Of a stretch of DNA of 64,000 nucleotides, positions 41,374-54,127 are shown in pieces (the first letter of the stretch is position 1; every line of letters starts with the position of its first letter). This DNA is from Octopus sinensis (Eukaryota). The stretch is from assembly GCF_006345805.1 (NCBI RefSeq), contig NC_043000.1, positions 50,282,001 through 50,346,000 of the forward strand. Reading direction: 5' to 3'. A program made the position numbers and the translations under genes. Under the pieces are notes generated by a model. That model searched no databases. It saw nothing but the letters and a program-made list of their open reading frames with translations, and had not been told where the DNA came from.

Positions 41374-42184
41374 AGCACAACAATATTGGATTTTAGTTTT
41401 AATTATCCACCATACTCTACAAAAATCTTAGAAAAATTTGAACTTTTATATAATTACATTTCAACTTTCTTATAAATCTTAAATTGAAGATAGAATTCTC
41501 TGAAGTAGTTAATCAGAATTTAAATTCTTGAAACCAAACTAAATCCCCATTTTATCGTTTATATCGATATAACATTGAACTGAACCTTTTCCTGTTTGGA
41601 AAAAAAAACTTCCTCTCAGTTTTCTTTACCAAATTCTTTTCTGCACTGTTTTTTTTTTTTTTTTTTGTGCAAAGCTTTCCTTATGTTTGTTACTAAATTT
41701 TTTATAGTTTGGGATTTTACTTCATGGAAGTAGTTAAAAGACTTATGTCTAAACCCCAAAGCTGTGCTAAATAGATTTATATTTTAAAACGATTTTAGTG
41801 TACAGCCAGGATAGAATGCTTAAAACTGTGTGGTAAGAAGTTTCCTTCCCAACTACCAGGTTCAGTCCCACAGCATGGTAGGTAGCTTAAAAAAGTATCT
41901 TCTGCTATAGCTCTGAGTCAACTAAACCCTTGTGAATGGACTCAGAAACTGAAAGAAGGCCATTTTGTGTGTGTGTGTGTGTATTTGTATATATATATAC
42001 TTTTCTTTTATTCTTTTATTTGTTTCAGTCATTTGACTGTAGCCATGCTAGAGCACCGCCTTTAGTCGAGCAAATAGGCCCAAGGACTTATTCTTTGTAT
42101 ATATTATATACATATTCTTGTATATATATATATACATATATATATATATTATATATATATATATATATATACATATATATTATA

Positions 42185-42245
<61 letters not shown>

Positions 42246-43415
42246 GCATATACATTATATATAAACAGTGTGGCTGTGTGGTAAGAAGCTTGCTTTCCAA
42301 CCACTTGGTTCCAGGTTCAGTCCCACTGTGTAGCACCTTAAGCAAGTATCTTCTACTATAGCCTTGGGCTGACCAAAACCTTGTGAGTGGATTTGGTAGA
42401 TGGAAACTGAAAGAAACCCATCATATTTCTTCCCATCCTCTCTGTAAACACTCATGTAAACACATGACTGAAACTTCCACCTAGCAAATCACAAGACTTT
42501 GGTTGGCCTCAGGCTGTAGTAGAAGATTCTTGCCCAAAGTGCCACACAGTGGGACTGAACCCAAATCCATGTAGCTGGGAAGCAATCTTCCTAACCTCCA
42601 CCATTGCTTGACAACTGGTGTTGGTGTGTTTATGTCCCGTAATTTAGTGATTCAGTAGAAGAGTGCAATAAAAAAAGTACCAGGCTTAGAAAGAATAAAT
42701 CCTGAGATTGATTTCTTCAACTAAAAAAACCCTTTAAGGCAGTGCTCCAGCATGGCCGCTGTCAAATGACTTTGAAGCCAGTAAAAGAATAAAAGAATAT
42801 TATTAGTGCTAAATATCGTCATCATTGTTTTATAGTCCACTTTTCCAATCCTTGCTCACATGTTGAGCTTCTATGCAGTCTCCATCTACCAAACTCATTC
42901 GCAAGAAGACACTTGTCAAAGATGCCATGCAGTGAAACTGAACCACAAACAATATGATGGCAAAGCAAGCTTCTTTACCACATAGCTATGCCTGTACCTC
43001 TATGGAGTACTCAGCCACTTACACTCTAATACAACTAGTATCTAGTTCTGCTGATTGTTTAACTGGAAAATTCATCTGTTGAAGCTGTTACAACACCATC
43101 AAAAATGATTTGCAAATCACCAATATGTTTAGTTGGTCACATATAGACTCACAATCTAACAATGAACAGAAAACAGGCTTTTTCCTTATAAAACAAGTCT
43201 GCTCATGAGTGTCTTTCATTGCCAATTAACCAAAAGATTATTGATATCAGTCATCAATGAATATACAGCATTTGAAGATCAACTCAGTTTTTTTTTTTTA
43301 TACCTGAAATATACTGAAATACAATGATTATAAAAAGGAGAGGTTGTCTTCTAATTAGACAACTTTTACTTTATTTACATTTGACAAATATTTGTCCCTC
43401 ATCTTGTTTGTTGTT

Positions 43416-43457
43416 AACACATTTCGACTAATATACCCTCCAGCCTTCATCAGGTAT
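43416..43457 (-). ncRNA. Degraded hammerhead-like motif
   Basis: AUAC-CUGAUGA-A-GGCUG(GAGGGUAUAU)UAGUC-GAAA-U-GUGU. Stems I and II pair, but helix III and the cleavage triplet are mostly deleted. Confidence 0.45.
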
Positions 43458-43790
43458 GTTGGGGTAATTTCGAACCTGGGTTCTCATTTCTAAGATATTT
43501 TTTGATGTTATTATTATTATGGTGTAGTGGTTAAGAGTGCAGGCTACTAACTCCAGTTCATTTCCAGGCAGTGACCTGTATAATAATAATAATAATAATA
43601 ATTACTGGATATGTTAAGAAGCTTACTTTCTAACTATATGGTCATGAGTTCAGTCCCACTGTATGGCTCCTTGGGCTATGGAGTCGGACTGAACCCACTG
43701 CTAGAGACTTGTGGTGTCCAAAGTCTTGTCAGTGGATTTGATAGACAGAAACTGAAGTAAGCCTGTTTTGTGTGTGCGTGTGTGTGTATT

Positions 43791-43836
<46 letters not shown>

Positions 43837-46468
43837 CTGTATACTTCAAATGCACACACATATATATATTTCATGGGGATGAGTGTTAATACATACATTT
43901 ATGTGCATGTGTCTTTGTTTTCGGTGTGTCCCAACCACTTCTTGCTAACCAGTGTTGTTTTAGTTATGTCCTGGTAATTTAGTGGTTTGGCAAAAAAGAC
44001 CAAGAGAATAAGTATCAGGCTTAAAAATAAGTACTGGGCAAGTGATTTGTTTATCTAAACTCTTCAAAGTACTGCCCTAGCATGGCCACAGCCCAATGAC
44101 TGAAACAAGTAAAAGATTTAAGATTAAATATATTGTTAAATCTCTCAAGTAATGCACCAACTCTTAATGGGACTGACAAATAGCAACAAATTGTGTTAGT
44201 AATCAAATTTGAAGTAGTTTTCCATTATTGTTCTATTTCTGACTGTTGGAGCTATTAGCGGATTGCCATCAAAACAGTGCAAAATTCTTCAAATAAGAAA
44301 TTGTAAAAAGTGCAGATAGGTAAAAAAAAGGTTGAGGGGTCTACAATTGATAGCAAAGCCTACTCACAAACAAACTCATTACAACCAGTAAGAAATAACA
44401 TCCACATATCCCTCAAATTATATGCATAGTTACCTTTGAAAGGAAAGAGAACATTCAGTAAGGTATCTATAGATATACTATAGCTGAATAAAAACCCCAT
44501 AATATGACTGTGGAGGCTGGAATACCTTTGATATATATAAATGTATACATATCATTATATCAAATATAAACATATATCACCATCATAATCATCATCAACA
44601 ACAACATTTAATGTCTGTATTCCATGCTGGCATGGGTTGGACAGCTTGATAGAAACTGGCAAGGTTAGAGGCTGCACCATTTCCATAGTCCATTTTTGCT
44701 TGGTTTCTACAGCTGAATGCCCTTCTTAACACCAACCATTTTACAGAGTGTACTGGGTGCTTATTTTTCATGGCATCATCATCAGTGCATTTTACATGGC
44801 ATCAACACCAATGCTTTTTATATAGCACCAGCTCCTACACCAATGCTTTTTATGCCCCACCTTGGTTTTAGGATCTCAATTCTCTTGTGGTGGGTAGGTC
44901 CTCTCAAGTACAGCAATGCACCACATATCTCGGTTCTCTGTCATCTCCTTCATAAGGCTCAGCATTTTGAGATTAGCCTTCGGTACTTCATCCTATGTCT
45001 TCCTGGGTCTCCCTCTTCCATAATTTCCCTCCACTGTAAGTGACTGGCACTTCTTAATGCAACTGTCTTCATCCATCTGTATCCTCGTATATATATTTAC
45101 ACATATGATACATATAAACATATATTTAATTATATGACATGTATAAACATATGTATATCGTTATATCATATCTCTGCTTGGTCAGGGCAGTAATAGAGCT
45201 AAACAATATCAGTGACAACATCAATAATCATGTCTTTAGTCTTTCTCTCTTTTTCCAGTTCTATAACACCCTCTCTTATATACTAACATATTGAGCTCAA
45301 GTTACTAGTAAATTAAAAGAAATGGGTAGGGAAAATACAAAAGAATACTGCCTATAAAGCAAGAGGAGATCATTGAAATTAAAATTGAGTTATGTTACAA
45401 AACCCAAAATGCTTTCAGTGATATAAAATAGCAATAAAGAAATTCAAAAAAGCCTCCAACTAAATTTATGTTTCAGAAAATATGTCGGCATAAAATATAT
45501 CATAAGTAGTTGAACTTTTAATATAATATTAGAGGGAATATTTCATATTCACATGTCACATGTGAAATCTACACTCTTCAATGAGAATAGCTTGGAGTTT
45601 GTAATATCACAGTTTATATTTAATAATAACTTAACAAATATTGATTGAATATTTGCAGAATGTTTGGGGATTGTTCAAAATTAATAACTAATATGAATTA
45701 AACCCATGTGCTTTGGAACCTTGGTAAATATTCTATTGACACTTGTGAAGGGTTACATATATAGAATATATTTTGATTCAGTATGGCTAAAGATTTATTG
45801 GTAAATATTTCAAGAAAATTAAAGTTATCCTTATGGATATATATGTATGGAATGATATTTCAGTATGAACTATTTACAACAGTGAATGTAAAATTTATAT
45901 ACATAAAAGTGATATATATACACACACATATATATATATACATGTGGTATTTCATGTAGAAGTGATATTTTTGTATTCCCTCAATATTAATATGCACACA
46001 TATCATCCATTCACTTGTTTGTTCATATAACACCCATTTCCCATGATGATATGGGTTAGACTGGAACAATTTGAAGTAGAATTTTATGGCTGGATGCCCT
46101 TCCTGTCAACAACTCTTACCTGTTTAACAAGTAAGGCATATTTTTATTCCATTGATCTTCAGAAATGCAGAGCAACTGGTCATAATATCAACACACAAGG
46201 CATTGGGTGGCCTGGGGTTATGTAAAAAATGGTATACCCTAAATGGTGCACAATGAGAAAGAAGCTGAAACCATGAGGTTACAAATAAATAAGAAGTTAA
46301 TACATCAAACTGAAGGATTATTCAATAATTTCAGCCGAATACATGTCCAACTTTTTCAAGGTATAAAGGTTAACACTGACTTTGAAGTTCCACCTTGTTT
46401 GCCTTTTTCAGACTCATATGTGTGTGTGCATATAAATATATACACATACACACACATTTACACATATA

Positions 46469-46533
<65 letters not shown>

Positions 46534-47094
46534 TTATATGAAAGCTTCAAAGTGTTAACTCAGTTTACTTTGACAGCTAGAAATCTCAATCAAATACAAA
46601 ATCTATCACACAAACAATCTGTAATAAACGCCCATTTGATATTTAGAATAGGGTATAGCCACAAGAATCTCCATAATTAACGCCTTTTGTAAATCCTGAT
46701 AACAGTGAAACCACTTAAGTAATTGTAAATATATTTTCTTAAAGTACTATTTTAAACTCCTTTCCTATTCTATCTATATACCGATATATGTATATATACA
46801 TATTATCATTATTATTTCAGTATATAAATATGTATTTACATATATGTTCATATATATATATATATATATATAATAAAGGGTAAAAATCATTAATGGTTTT
46901 TACTAAGTGGTCAGTGCGGAAATAAAACCTCATAGATAAATTTTTTAAATATTTTATAATTATATACATAATTATAAGAAAGGGGTTGGCTTCTCGGAGA
47001 ATTTATGGTGGTAATAGTGTCTTTTGACATCTATTTTTCAGCGCATGGTGAGGCATGTCCAAATGACTGAAACAACTAAAAGAATATATATATC

Positions 47095-47390
47095 ATCATC
47101 ATCATTTAGCGTCCGCTTTCCATGCTGGCATGGGTTGGATGGTGCAACTGGTGTCTATGAAGCCAGAAGGCTGCAGCAGGCCCAGTCTGATCTGGCAATG
47201 CTTCTACGGCTAGATGCCCTTCCTAATGCCAACCACTCCATGAGTGTAGTGGGTGCTTTTTATGTGCCACCGGCACAGGTGCCAGACGAGGCTGGCAAAC
47301 GGCCATGGTCGGATGGTGCTTTTTATGTGCCACCAGCACGGAGGCCAGGCGAGGCTGGCAACGGCCACGATCAGATGGTGCTTTTTACAT
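47095..47390 (-). mobile_element. 5'-truncated copy of the RTE-tailed element
   Basis: Same 3' end and subrepeats. Other fragments at 12050-12300, 18590-18690, 44585-44870, 50897-51076, 35295-35490(+) and 59045-59225(+). Confidence 0.75.
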
Positions 47391-47445
47391 ACATATACAT
47401 ATTTATATGTGTATGTATATATATATATATATGCATATCTTTTAG

Positions 47446-47616
47446 CTGATTATAATATTCATATATCCTACTGAATCTGGAAGAAGTGGTAGTGCTCATG
47501 CCCTTTGCATGCCCTCCTTCACTCATCAGACTTATGTGACTGATGAACCTGATGCTATTAATGATCTTCTCAATGATTTCGAAGTTAACACTTGCGGTTT
47601 AGATATGACTAATGAG
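47446..47616 (+). CDS. Candidate plus-strand coding exon (LIIIFIYPTESGRSGSAHALCMPSFTHQTYVTDEPDAINDLLNDFEVNTCGLDMTNE)
   Basis: Acceptor atcttttag, 171 nt open in phase 0 to 0, donor GAG|gtaatt. A minus-strand acceptor at about 47641 makes the strand uncertain. Confidence 0.35.
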
Positions 47617-48407
47617 GTAATTGCAGATGGTGGGCCAACATACTGGGAAAGAATTTACTCTGTGTGTGCGTGCATGCATGCGTGCGTGTGAATGTGTGAA
47701 TGTGTGTAAACAACAAAATGGAAAAGTCAAGTATGAAACTAAATTATATTAATCCTGTACTATTTTTAGTAGATAGTTAAACAACAAATTTCAGAAAGAG
47801 AATTTAATCTCGTGACCCACTCACGTATCTTACACTTAACAAAGCAAAAAACGATATTAAAAAAAAAACAACCACATACACGTACACACAAACATATATG
47901 CTTACAATATAAGATAAAACAGTTGTAAAAGTTTTTGATGAAAAGTTACAAAACAGGTAAAAAAGAAAAGGTTGATATCAGTGATGTTTTGTTATCTTTT
48001 CAATTTTCATGTGATAATTTTTTTGAAATCTAGAAAAGTGTTTTGTTTCAATTTATATTATTCATTTCATTCATTTACTTTCCATTTGTGTTCCTTCATT
48101 TCAAATTTGTTTCTTGGTTTTGATTATTGGAAAGAAATTGTGCAAAACATTTCACTAAGGTTGTTTTACATTTTTTGCAATGAATTTCTTTTTTATATAT
48201 AATATGATAATAAAAGTTCTGTCTAGTTTAGGAGTGACACTCTTCACTAAAGGAAGTAAACACCTTTACAAGAAGAAAAGGATTTTCCATTATGATAGTG
48301 GTTATAGTTTTAGAACCATGAATAAAAGCTTAAACGTAAAACAAAATGACATTTCACCTTAAAATCTCATATATATATATGCAGGTTTATGTTGGTAAGC
48401 ATTAGAT

Positions 48408-48757
48408 CATCTGTTATCAACCGTGGTCCATAGGACCCCTGATGGTCCATAGGACCTCTGATGGTCCATATAAGATTTTGGGGGTTCACATAGTAAAATA
48501 GTAAATTGGTGACCCATGATAATATTTTAAAGCCCCCTGAAAAAATTTTCCTTTAGATGTATGTATTGGTATGTATTGCAAGAAACAGCTAGGTTTCTTT
48601 CTCTAACATTTTACATAGTTCAACCTACACAATTTAATGTGTAAAAAATTAAATAGGAATTTTGAAAGGACTAGTTTTTAGACATCAAATGGCTATGGGC
48701 ATCTACCTGAGTAAAATAGTAATCAAAGGGGGTCCATGAATGGTTGAAGAATCCCTG
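48408..48757. mobile_element. hAT (Charlie-like) MITE with an internal 19-bp tandem repeat
   Basis: Degenerate termini cat...tcaacc and ggttga...ctg, TSD cattagat / ctttagat, and ggtccataggacc(c/t)ctgat repeated at 48425-48470. Confidence 0.65.
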
Positions 48758-50309
48758 CTTTAGATGATCTGAACCACATGGTTCTGGGTTCAGTACCACT
48801 GTACAACATATTGGGCCTGGGAACTGTGTAGAAGATTTTCAGATACATCCCTTTTTATCTTTTTATTGATTTAGTTAATGGACTGTGGCCATGCTGGGGC
48901 ACCACCTTGAAGGGTTTAGTCAAATAAATTGCTTCCAAACGTATGTCTGGTACTTTTTCTATCAATCTGTTTTGCCAGTAGAGGATGTAAACTAACCAAC
49001 AAAGGTTGTCAGTGGTGGTGGTGGTGGTGGTAGAGGACAAACACAAACACAAGGACACATATAGATAAATATATATATATGATAGGCACTTTCAGTTTCT
49101 ACTAACTAAATCCATTCACAAGGGTTGGTCAGCCTGCAGCTATAGTAGAAGACACTTGACACCTAGGTATCACACATTGGAACTGAAACCAAGAGTACAT
49201 GGTTGGGAAGTAAGCTTCTCAGCCATACACCCATGCATGCATGTATGTATGTGTGTATGTATTTAGTTCCAAGATCGATCCCACTGTGTGGCACCTTGAG
49301 CAAGGGTGAACAAAGCCTTGGAAATGGATTTCATTGACAGAACCTGAATATTTACTTTGTCAGTGGAATCAGGCAGATGGAACATTGTGTAACGACATCG
49401 TATACACACACACACACACACACACACATTTATATATCTTTTATATATGATATTGAAGGCAGTAAACACTGGTTAAAACTTGGTGTGCTTCAAAGTACAG
49501 AAGTCTGAGTTACAGATGTTCCCTTGTCATTCTTATTGTTGGAAATGCAACGAACCAGGGATTGGCTCATTAGAAACCTATAGTCAATGATGTTATTGTC
49601 CATAAAGTATAATGTAAAATTTTAAAAAAATAAATAAATGTAAAAGCTTCTAAATATTGTATTTTCAATAAAGTTTTAATATTCTTCAATCTGAAAGTTT
49701 TTATATCCATTTTTATTTCTCAGTTTGTCATATTCTTACATAATTAGAATTTGCAGTGTTTAAGTCATAATATTTCCCTCAGGGGTCGGAGACAAGGAAA
49801 CACAATCTTCTGTAAAGGCAGAGAATATGCTGCGAGTGAGACAAAAGAAAGATTGGTTTTGAATTATGGATAATTTTTCTTTCCTTCAATATTCACATCG
49901 ACTAAGATTCTATTGGGATATGAATATCCCAATTATTTACAAAGTCTAATTGAAAACTCACATTCGCTAGTGAATAAACACTTCACATTAATAAATATTC
50001 TGACATTAAAGCTGTTGAATAGAGGCAGGGAAATAAAAATTTAGGACATGACATTCAAATAACTTGTATGATTGCTTGCTTGTCTTCAAAGTCGAACTTC
50101 ATAATTCAGAGAGGATACTTCAAAGTTCTGCTCTTGAAAAAACAATTTCATTCCATCTGACACTGTCAAATGCACCAGAGATTGTTCAATCGGAGAATCA
50201 AAATGACTGATACATACAATATTCTGAAGTAGTCCTATACTTCTGAATTTTTCATTGGTTCTCCGTAATATTATTGTTTTATTATAGAAATTTTCATAAT
50301 TCTTCTTAC

Positions 50310-50392
50310 CATGATATTCAATAACAATTGTTTGTAGTAGTTTGGAAAAAAATCGTTTTGATTGTGTACTTTCTATAATATCATATCTCTGT
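50310..50392 (-). CDS. Candidate exon (QRYDIIESTQSKRFFSKLLQTIVIEYH)
   Basis: Very strong polypyrimidine acceptor (tttctttctttttttattgcag), consensus donor G|gtaaga, 83 nt, one open frame. Confidence 0.5.
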
Positions 50393-51312
50393 CTGCAATA
50401 AAAAAAAGAAAGAAAAAACATTATTTCCATGTCCTGTGGTTACTAAGCTATTTTCAAATATAAATATGGTGATGTATATATATATGTAAGTGTATAAATA
50501 CATGTGTATATTATATCACATGATCATGTGATCAAGCAGACTATCTGGTGTTGTTATAAATTGCTGGTCACAATGTGTTTTGTATTGTTTCAAGTTACAT
50601 AAGATGCCACCCCACTGGCCAGCCAACATTCCCCCTGATCAGAAGCTGTAGATGGGTAACCCTATCTTTGCAGGTTGGGTTAACCCTTTACCAATGAGTG
50701 AAAAGTGAAATGAAGTGTTTTGCTTGAGAACACAATGCACTGCTCAGTCTGGGAATCGAACCCATGATGTGATGATCATGAGTGCAATAATCTAGCCACT
50801 AGGCCATGTACCTTTATATTACACACACACACACATATATATACATATACATGCATATCATTATAGATATATCATATTATATCATATATATATGTGTATC
50901 ATCATCATCATTTAGCATCCGCTTTCCATGCTAGCATGGGTTGGACGGGTCAACTGGGGTCCGTGAAGCTGGAAGGCTTCGTCAGGCCCAGTCAGATCTG
51001 GCAGTGTTTCTACGGCTGGATGCCCTTCCTAATGCCAACCACTCCGCGAGTGTAGTGGGTGTTTTTTACGTGCCGTGTAAGAAGAATAAGAAAATCGAGA
51101 TAAATCAATTAATAATTATATTTATTTATTACAAAAATAGAAATAATCTCTGACAGCTGTTTTGATTCAAACTTAAATTAATTGAAATTATTAAATCATC
51201 ATAAACTTGAATCTCGTTAAAGATAGAAAAAAATATCATTACATTTTTGTATTTTTATCTATTATGTGTATGGAGTATATCCCATAATGAGACTTATTTA
51301 ACCTTTAATTGA

Positions 51313-51344
<32 letters not shown>

Positions 51345-51376
51345 GGAAAGTGGACGTTAAACGATGACGATGATAT

Positions 51377-51412
<36 letters not shown>

Positions 51413-51477
51413 ATATACACACATATATGTATATACATATAAATATATATATACATATCTATACATATACATATATA

Positions 51478-51945
51478 GTTAATCCAAACATGAACGAAAA
51501 GAAAACACAACGCGAGGACGTGGAACAAGTGTAGTGTTATTGGATGCTCAAGAAAGGAAAGAAAGAAGGAGGATTTAACGTTTCGAGCGGAGCTCTTCGT
51601 CAGAAACATAGAAAAAAGAAGGGGCCAAGGAAGGAAAGACGGAGTGTGTGCGTGTGTATGTGTGTGTATATATATATATGTATGTAATTATGTGTGTATA
51701 TATACATGTATATGTATATATGAGTGTATATATATATATGTATATATGCGACTGCGTGTGTATCGTTGGCAATTTTCTTTCGCTGTCTTCCTTTCTTTGG
51801 ACTTTTTGTATATTTCTGACAAAGAGCTCCACTCGAAACGTAAAATCCTCTTTCTTCTCTTTCCTTTCCTGAGCATCCAATAACACTGTACTTATTCCTC
51901 GTCCTCGCGTTGTTGTTTTTTCTTGCTTGTTCGTGTTTGGATTAA
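51478..51945. mobile_element. Fold-back element with diverged arms of about 150 bp and a (TA/TG)n spacer
   Basis: ttaatccaaacatgaacg...cgcgaggacg...tattggatgctc in the left arm is matched in reverse by gagcatccaataa...cgtcctcgcg...gtttggattaa. Confidence 0.8.
51572..51607 (-). ncRNA. Minimal hammerhead-like motif in the left arm of a fold-back element
   Basis: GUUU-CUGACGA-A-GAGC(UCC)GCUC-GAAAC-GUU-AAAU, with palindromic AACGUU. The mirror copy at 51810-51848 (+) has CUGACAA (G8 lost). Confidence 0.55.
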
Positions 51946-52591
51946 ATATATATATATATATCTATATATATATATATATATGAACATAGCTATAGAAGAC
52001 ATTATTTAATATTTTATATGTCTGCCATAGGAAATTGTTCCTTATTTCTACTTTAGCTTCCCCTGATGATAAACTTAGGTGAAACAATTCCAAATTACTT
52101 TTTGCTGTAACCATAACATATATTTGAACATATTCACTGAACAGTAAAGAGTTAAATTGATAGTAATTTCCTCTAATCAATTATATTAAAGCTAAAACTT
52201 CAAGAAAATATCTATTTTACCATTTACCATTTACACATTAGATTTTAGATTTATGAGTAATCTTTACAAACCTATTATCTTTCCCTCTTTCACAATCGTG
52301 TGTTGTCATATAGATATCTTTACTCTTTTTTTCTTTTACTTGTTTTAGTCATTCAGCTGCAGCTGTGCCGGGGCATTACCTTGAAGGTTTTAGTCAAACA
52401 AATCAATTCCATAATTTATTATTATTATTATTTTTTTTTTTGGTAAATCTCTTTTGCCAAACTGCTAAGTTATAGACATATAAACAAACCAACACCTGTT
52501 GTCAAGTGGTGGTGACGATGATGATAGGAAAGGAACACAGACACAAAGATACACACATGTATATATCTATCTATGTATGTATGTATATATA

Positions 52592-52623
<32 letters not shown>

Positions 52624-52625
<2 letters not shown>

Positions 52626-52721
52626 CAAAATTTAGATGACTGACCACTAAAGTGGACAGCCTATATGCTAAACATAGACATCAAATCGCCATTACCAGTG
52701 GTTAGTCCTCTAAATTTTGTA
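52624..52721. mobile_element. Tiny TA-flanked MITE (Tc1/mariner-type)
   Basis: TIR of about 25 bp: tacaaaatttagatgactgaccact / agtggttagtcctctaaattttgta. Confidence 0.65.
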
Positions 52722-53697
52722 TGTAACACAATTTTTAATCTTCAAATTTTTTTGAAATATGCTAAGCCACTGGTTTTAATTAATATCAGTTTCTACCCTT
52801 ATTATTCAATTATATATATAGGTAATCAGTAAAGGATTTCTCCTAACATTTACAAGTTTGCTCACAGTCGGGTATTTAAAATAGGTTATATATGAGATGA
52901 GCTTCTTTAGGGTTTCCATCTAACAAATTCATTCACAAGGCATTGGTTGGTCTGGACTATAGAAGAAAACCCTTGCCCAAAGTGCCACAGGGTCAGTTTC
53001 CTAAGCTAAAGGATTACTTAATATTTCGTTTTTGGATATGGTTTGCAAGATTCTTTATGTGAGTTCGTGTGTTGAAGCATATTCTGTTGTGTCTGGGGAG
53101 AGTCATTTTATTTTTGTGTCTTATAATTTAACACACTCACCGGTAGAATTTTCTTTTACTTAATACATTTTGTAGAATACATATTTATTATTCTTCAACA
53201 AGAATAGTGTTAACAATGACTTCAAATTTTCGGTCTGCTTATCTTTTTATCAAATCGAGACAACAAACGTATTAGCATGAAATTCATATCATGAATTGCT
53301 TTTATTACATAATCAAGGAAACAGATTCTCCATCCCTGGAAGAAAAACCCCAACTATTTTTTACGTATAGTTCATAAAAAATGACGTTATTGACTGCTCC
53401 AAAAATAGGTACAGTCAGTAATCAGAACTGAATCGCAGACTGCTCTACTAATGTTGATCTACTGATGTCCCATCCAAAAAAAAAAAAAAAAAAAGGGTGA
53501 AATCCCACTGGCGTGCTTTCGATGGTCGATAACTACGAAGTCATGATTATGTCTCTTCGTCTGTCGCCTCGTTCTGAGTTCAAATTCCACCGTGGTCGAC
53601 TTTGCCTTTCATCCTTTCGGGGTTGATTAAATAAGTACCAGTTACGCACTGGGTTCGATGTAATTGACTTAATTCCTTTGCTCTTGTTAGTCCCTTC

Positions 53698-54127
53698 GGC
53701 GATCTTTCGTCTCTAGTAGACCTTTCCGTCGATTTCCGTAAATTTTTTTTTTTTTTACATATGGGCTTGCGGGAACTTTTGAAGTAATATACATACATAT
53801 ACACATACACCGAGTAAAAAATTTCAGTTATCTCTTTCTTTCACACATTACTCTGTCTCTTCACACACACTAACAGAAGCACTTCACTTACACAACATAC
53901 TGTCTGTCTCCCACACCCCATCAAACACACACGCACACACACACACACATGTACATCAATGCTTCCCATGCACGGTAACTTCAAAAGAACTTCCCTCGTC
54001 ATACAATCGCTTTCTCTTAGTCTCTTTCGCTCTCATTAACTTCAAAAGTTCCCGCAAGCCCATATGTAAAAGAAAAATTTTTTTTACGGAAATCGACGGA
54101 AAGGTCTACTAGAGACGAAAGATTGCC
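53698..54127. mobile_element. MITE with TIRs of about 95 bp, GG termini and an 8-bp TSD (Merlin-like), inserted into a SINE
   Basis: TSD gtcccttc at 53690-53697 and 54128-54135. TIR ggcgatctttcgtctctagtagacc... pairs with ...ggtctactagagacgaaagattgcc. Confidence 0.85.

Noticed and set aside
52063-52092. CUGAUGA...GAAAC-AAUU hammerhead candidate
   Set aside because: Stems I and II do not pair and there is no NUH triplet. It also lies inside a possible minus-strand exon (about 52138-51990) that I could not close with a compatible donor.
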